DNA from: an uncultured virus (IMG/VR IMGVR_UViG_3300027832_000014)
Taxonomy: Duplodnaviria > Heunggongvirae > Uroviricota > Caudoviricetes
Length of the DNA: 20,000 nt
IMG/VR virus record: IMGVR_UViG_3300027832_000014
Reading direction: 5' to 3' (one strand)
Positions 15,995 to 20,000 of this stretch are shown here, one piece after another. Below the pieces are notes generated by a model that searched no databases, was not told where the DNA came from, and saw nothing but the letters and a program-made list of their open reading frames with translations. The stretch's first letter is position 1. Every line of letters begins with the position of its first letter. The position numbers were made by a program, and so were the translations under genes.

Positions 15995-16381
15995 ATGGCT
16001 AAAGAAGTTGAGAAGACGAGCGAAGAAGTTTCTAACGCTCGTGGAAAGATGTTCTCCCCGCTGAAAAAGCGGTTTCCCCTGTCGTTTAACGACGTGGATT
16101 TGGAAGTGTCCACGCCATCGGTGAAGCTGGTGCAGAAGGTGCAGGCCCTCGCAGACAAGACAGACGATGGCTCTGGCAAGGCTGGCGCGGTTCGTGCGAT
16201 GTTCGAGTACCTGCTTAACTGTGCTTACCTTCCCGGCACAGACGAGAAGGTTTTTTCCGTTGGGGATTGGGACGATTTCTACGATCTTCCCATTGGCCCA
16301 TGGTTGGCGAACGTTAACGTTGCTTTCCGAGCGGCCACCGGGCAGTCCAAGACGGAAGAGGACATGGAGGGAAACTCCTAA
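15995..16381 (+). CDS. Tail assembly chaperone (lambda gpG analogue)
   Basis: Located between the tube and tape measure genes; ends EGNS* over a slippery heptamer. Confidence 0.8.
   Translation: MAKEVEKTSEEVSNARGKMFSPLKKRFPLSFNDVDLEVSTPSVKLVQKVQALADKTDDGSGKAGAVRAMFEYLLNCAYLPGTDEKVFSVGDWDDFYDLPIGPWLANVNVAFRAATGQSKTEEDMEGNS
16369..16375 (+). other. Programmed -1 ribosomal frameshift site G GGA AAC
   Basis: X XXY YYZ heptamer in the correct phase, 2 codons before the stop. The -1 frame is open (GGG AAA CTC CTA AAC GAT TCG TTA GCA ATG...) into the 16396..16602 ORF. Confidence 0.85.
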
Positions 16382-16602
16382 ACGATTCGTTAGCAATGAT
16401 GGTCTTCGCGCTAGCGGATAAGTTGGGTAAGTTCCCCCATGAAGTTCAAGAGATACCGATAACCGATCTGTACCACATGTACGCCTACTACAAGATACAA
16501 GAAAAAGAATACGACAAGCGTTCTAAAGAAGCAGATCGTAAGCGCTCCATGGCGCAACAGGATCCACGGGCTAAGGCGGCTAGGTTAGGAAGGAAGACAT
16601 AA
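16369..16602 (+). CDS. Frameshifted C-terminal extension of the tail chaperone (gpT analogue)
   Basis: -1 frame relative to the chaperone. The FALADKLGKFPHEV..IPITDLYHMYAYY pattern is typical of T segments. No clear SD before ATG 16396. Confidence 0.78.
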   Translation, partial: GKLLNDSLAMMVFALADKLGKFPHEVQEIPITDLYHMYAYYKIQEKEYDKRSKEADRKRSMAQQDPRAKAARLGRKT

Positions 16603-19600
16603 TGTCTATCACCATTGCCGGTATCCAAATTGACGTCGGTGCCCGTACGACCAAACTGACCAGCGCTATTGGTGAATTGCAGAAGTTTGCCAAGGCTACG
16701 CAAAGCTCTCTCACCTCTTCCCATCGGTTTTCTAAGAACAGTGAGACCGCTTTTCTGAAACAGGAGAGGGCTATACGATCCGCTCGTATAGCCCTCTCTG
16801 TTTACCTTGCCAGTGCCCGTAAGCTGGGGGACCGCGCGCCCCAAAGTGCCATGGAAGCATTGACCCGGCAATTTGGAACGCTGGATCGCGCCATGAAGTC
16901 CGGGCAGCTGAATGGCTTGGACTTTGCGCGTTCGGTAGATAAATGGAAGTACTCTCTTACCGACGCCAAAATCAAGCTAACAGATACCAAGACCGCCATG
17001 AAGGACACGGCACAAGCTACTAAGAACCTGCGGTTCCAGGAATTGTCCAAAGCTGTGCAGATTGCTTTGGGACCGTTAAGTGGTGTGGCCTCTCGTCTTA
17101 CCGCCATTGCCAGCCTTGCTAATACCAGCACGGTGATTATCGCTGGTCTTACCGCTGCGTTCATTGCCTTTGGTGGTTTGCTGTTCAAGGCCGTTAAAGA
17201 AGGAACGGCGTTTGAGAGCCAGCTCTTTCGACTCAACGCACAGTTAGAAGCCACAGGGCACGCTGTTGGGTTTACCACGGCGCAAGTCAACCAGATGGCT
17301 ATAGAACTTGGCCGTGCTACATTAACTTCTGCGTCGGCAGCACGTGATGCCGCTTCTACCCTTATTGGTTTTGGTAACATCGTTGGCGCTAACTTCCAGC
17401 GCGCACTGGAACTTTCTCAGGATCTCGCCGTCGTTATGGGACGAGATCTAACTTCCACTGTGCGTGTGCTAGGACGTGCCCTGCAAGACCCGGAAGCGGC
17501 CATGGACCAGTTGCGGCGTGCGGGTGTGCGCCTCAACTTGGTTGAGAAGCAGCAGATTAAAGATCTCATTGCCTTGGGCAAGTCATACCAAGCACAATCT
17601 CTTATCTTGGACAAGGTGGCAGCATCGGTCGGCGGCGCTGGTGTAGGTGAGTCGCGGGGCCTTGCTGGTGCGTGGGACACGCTGGGGGAATCCTTCCACG
17701 AATTCTTGCAATTGTCTGTTACGACCGGTGGTTCTCTAAATGCACTTACCGTCATGGTCAACGACATAACAAGGCTATTCACGGACTTTAACGAGGGAGT
17801 TGACGCGGGTAGCAGCATCGTTGCTTCGTTTGACACGGCACTAAGGATCTTAGCGTCGTCCATTAGCTTTGTAGTCAACAACCTGGACATTCTTATGGGT
17901 CTGTTGGTTGGTGCCTTTCTCGGCAAGATACTTATAATGATGGTTACCGGTGTGGGAACACTCATTACCTCTTTTGTTGGGTTTACTGCCGCCATCGGCA
18001 CGGCTACGGGAGCTATGACCGCTTTCAACGCGGTTACACTTCTAAACCCCATAATACTGGTAACGGCGGCTGTAGTTAGTGCAGTTCTTGCTTACACGGA
18101 TTGGGGGGATGCTCTGCTAGACCTTCTTGGGTTTGGCGACGATGTTAATGACATGCTTGAACGTCAACTACGTTTTCTTCGGAGTCTTTCCGGTGCACCA
18201 GATGCCGCAAAGGTGTTAGAGACACAAGCTCTTTTGAATGAAGCGTATGCCAGAGAAGAAGAGTTACTGACCGATATAGCTGGAGCCCGTGCGGCCTTAG
18301 CGACGGGTTCTGGTGTTCCCGCTATAAGAATGGCGGCCGAATCCGGCATCGCGGATGCCACCGAAGAATTAGATATTTTACGGGAAACCATTAGATTAAC
18401 GGAAGAAGCTCTCGCAGAGGCAGCGCATATTGCGAACCCCAATTACTTTAACGCAGAAGATTTTGCTGAGACACTGGTTAAGCTAACCAGTGACTTCCTC
18501 TCGTTTGTAGATGCGCAACACGATTTTGAGCAACAGTTAACCTTTGTACGGGATGGTTTCCGATACTTAGCAGAAGATGGCTCCGAGTTGGCCGCCATCC
18601 TTGAAACCATGGGCATGACTGCAGAACAGTTTAGGCGTCGTTTAGTAGATCTTGCCACGCAGATAAACCCGGTTACTGCCGCCACTAAAGCGGCACGCAA
18701 CGAGTTTGCTCTTTTAGAGATGGAATACAATAATGTCATTGGCGCTGTTAACGACAACGGGTTCGATGGTCTTGGTGTTAGCATTGGTGCCTTAGAGCCA
18801 GAAACACTAAAACTCATACAAGATCTTGGGTTGATGGAGAACTCCATCAACCTCGGCGCGGACGCTTTGCTGGAATTAACGACACAGTTGAATGCGCTCA
18901 ACGATGCGCTTATTGTTAACCGACAGTTGGAAGAATTAACTTCTCTTATAGAAGACATGCGCACTCCTATAGAGCAGTACGCCGCCGAAATGCGCAAACT
19001 AGGTGAAATGGAAGTTTGGGCCAAACAAAACCTTGAAGCACGTCAGCTGCTTGAGGCCCTGGAGGCCATTCGCAGAAAGACGCTAGAGATCAATCCGGTC
19101 TTCCAAGCGGTGAAGAGTATTGCTACTAACGCCTTTAGCAGCATCGCCGATGTTATGAAAGACGCGGTTAAGTCAGGTGAGTTCAGCTTTGAGAGCCTGC
19201 GAACAGTTGCCCTAGATGTTATAGGGGACATCCTTGATAAGGTGTGGGAGCTTGCCGTTATTAACCCGCTGCTCAACAGCATCTTCGGTAGTGGCGAGCC
19301 CACGGCGGGCGGTAGTGCTATACCCGACGCTCTCGGTTCTATTTTTGGGTCTGGTGGTGGTTCCGCCCCCGCAGGTTTTGCGACACAGTCCGGCCCGCCT
19401 TCCAGTGCCCTTGGCGGTAGCGGTGGTGGCGGAGGCCCGGACTTAATAGGCGCAGCCATGCTGGCGATACAATTCGCGGGCCTGTTTGCCCATGGTGGTA
19501 GTCACACCGTTGGCGGTTCAGGGGGCACCGACAGTCAGACGGTAGTTTTGCGGGCCACACCGGGCGAGGTTGTGTCGGTAATGACACCGGGTCAGGCTGC

Positions 19601-20000
19601 GACACAGTCCGGCCCGCCTTCCAGTGCCCTTGGCGGTAGCGGTGGTGCTATACCCGACGCTCTCGGTTCTATTTTTGGGTCTGGTGGTGGTTCCACCCCC
19701 GCAGCCCTGATGGCGACACAGTCCGGCCCGCCTTCCAGTGCCTTTGGCGGTAGCGGTAGCGGTGGTGGCGGAGGCCCGGACTTAATAGGCGCAGCCATGC
19801 TGGCGACACAGTCCGGCCCGCCTTCCAGTGCCCTTGGCGGTAGCGGTGGTGGCGGAGGCACGGACTTAATAGGCGCAGCCCTGATGGCGACACAATTCGC
19901 GGGCCTGTTTGCCCATGGTGGTAGTCACACCGTTGGCGGTTCAGGGGGCACCGACAGTCAGACGGTAGCTTTGCGGGCCACACCGGGCGAGGTTGTGTCG
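16602..20000 (+). CDS. Tail tape measure protein, partial (no stop within the window, at least 1133 aa)
   Basis: Not in the ORF track. Manual translation from ATG 16602 (TAATG overlap; MSITIAGIQIDVGART...) is open to the window end. Ala/Leu-rich and helical, with LGRALQDP, hydrophobic segments and a FAHGG...TDSQ...TPGEVV C-terminal motif. Confidence 0.92.
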   Translation, partial: MSITIAGIQIDVGARTTKLTSAIGELQKFAKATQSSLTSSHRFSKNSETAFLKQERAIRSARIALSVYLASARKLGDRAPQSAMEALTRQFGTLDRAMKSGQLNGLDFARSVDKWKYSLTDAKIKLTDTKTAMKDTAQATKNLRFQELSKAVQIALGPLSGVASRLTAIASLANTSTVIIAGLTAAFIAFGGLLFKAVKEGTAFESQLFRLNAQLEATGHAVGFTTAQVNQMAIELGRATLTSASAARDAASTLIGFGNIVGANFQRALELSQDLAVVMGRDLTSTVRVLGRALQDPEAAMDQLRRAGVRLNLVEKQQIKDLIALGKSYQAQSLILDKVAASVGGAGVGESRGLAGAWDTLGESFHEFLQLSVTTGGSLNALTVMVNDITRLFTDFNEGVDAGSSIVASFDTALRILASSISFVVNNLDILMGLLVGAFLGKILIMMVTGVGTLITSFVGFTAAIGTATGAMTAFNAVTLLNPIILVTAAVVSAVLAYTDWGDALLDLLGFGDDVNDMLERQLRFLRSLSGAPDAAKVLETQALLNEAYAREEELLTDIAGARAALATGSGVPAIRMAAESGIADATEELDILRETIRLTEEALAEAAHIANPNYFNAEDFAETLVKLTSDFLSFVDAQHDFEQQLTFVRDGFRYLAEDGSELAAILETMGMTAEQFRRRLVDLATQINPVTAATKAARNEFALLEMEYNNVIGAVNDNGFDGLGVSIGALEPETLKLIQDLGLMENSINLGADALLELTTQLNALNDALIVNRQLEELTSLIEDMRTPIEQYAAEMRKLGEMEVWAKQNLEARQLLEALEAIRRKTLEINPVFQAVKSIATNAFSSIADVMKDAVKSGEFSFESLRTVALDVIGDILDKVWELAVINPLLNSIFGSGEPTAGGSAIPDALGSIFGSGGGSAPAGFATQSGPPSSALGGSGGGGGPDLIGAAMLAIQFAGLFAHGGSHTVGGSGGTDSQTVVLRATPGEVVSVMTPGQAATQSGPPSSALGGSGGAIPDALGSIFGSGGGSTPAALMATQSGPPSSAFGGSGSGGGGGPDLIGAAMLATQSGPPSSALGGSGGGGGTDLIGAALMATQFAGLFAHGGSHTVGGSGGTDSQTVALRATPGEVVS
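19315..20000 (+). repeat. Mosaic of near-identical in-frame repeats in the 3' part of the tape measure gene
   Basis: A 60-bp block at 19315 and 19645; a 45-bp block at 19380, 19599, 19713 and 19803; a GGGxDLIGAA-coding block three times; a 108-bp block at 19470 and 19893. Confidence 0.92.

Noticed and set aside
16167..16421. 84-aa ORF as the frameshift partner of the chaperone
   Set aside because: It is in the +1 frame; the slippery heptamer leads to the -1 frame ORF ending at 16602.
16488..19983. Series of minus-strand ORFs across the tape measure region
   Set aside because: They are antisense to a continuous + strand frame (16602 to the end) that the track omitted because it has no stop in the window.
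19315..20000. Repeats as a CRISPR array or DGR template/variable repeat pair
   Set aside because: There are no unique spacers or regular period, and the repeats are in-frame coding. Differences are not adenine-specific (e.g. T/C in modules B and D), and no reverse transcriptase or cas gene is in the window.
1918..20000. Gene transfer agent, contractile tail system or alternative genetic code
   Set aside because: There is no sheath gene, and the long tape measure and gene content differ from RcGTA-type clusters. Genes are full length with TAA, TAG and TGA all used as stops.

Overview
The window is mostly the head-and-tail morphogenesis operon of a long-tailed, HK97-fold (siphovirus-like) phage or prophage on the + strand (1918-20000). 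It is preceded by three divergently oriented, AT-richer hypothetical genes on the - strand. Gene order: portal, a fused double prohead protease (S78 + acidic linker + S49), major capsid, probable decoration protein, small ORFs, a GT42/Maf-like putative nonulosonate transferase, head-tail adaptor, a four-gene sugar cassette, head closure, neck, tail terminator, two paralogous tail-tube genes, tail chaperones with a -1 frameshift site, and a tape measure gene. The sugar cassette encodes a NeuB-like synthase, a KDN-9-P-type HAD phosphatase, a NeuA-like cytidylyltransferase and a polysaccharide pyruvyltransferase. The tape measure gene runs off the window and ends in a mosaic of near-identical DNA repeats. 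The most notable feature is an apparently complete phage-encoded make-activate-transfer pathway for a sialic-acid-family sugar (most plausibly KDN) inside the virion structural operon, which suggests virion glycosylation. All family calls are by-eye motif recognition; no database search was run.
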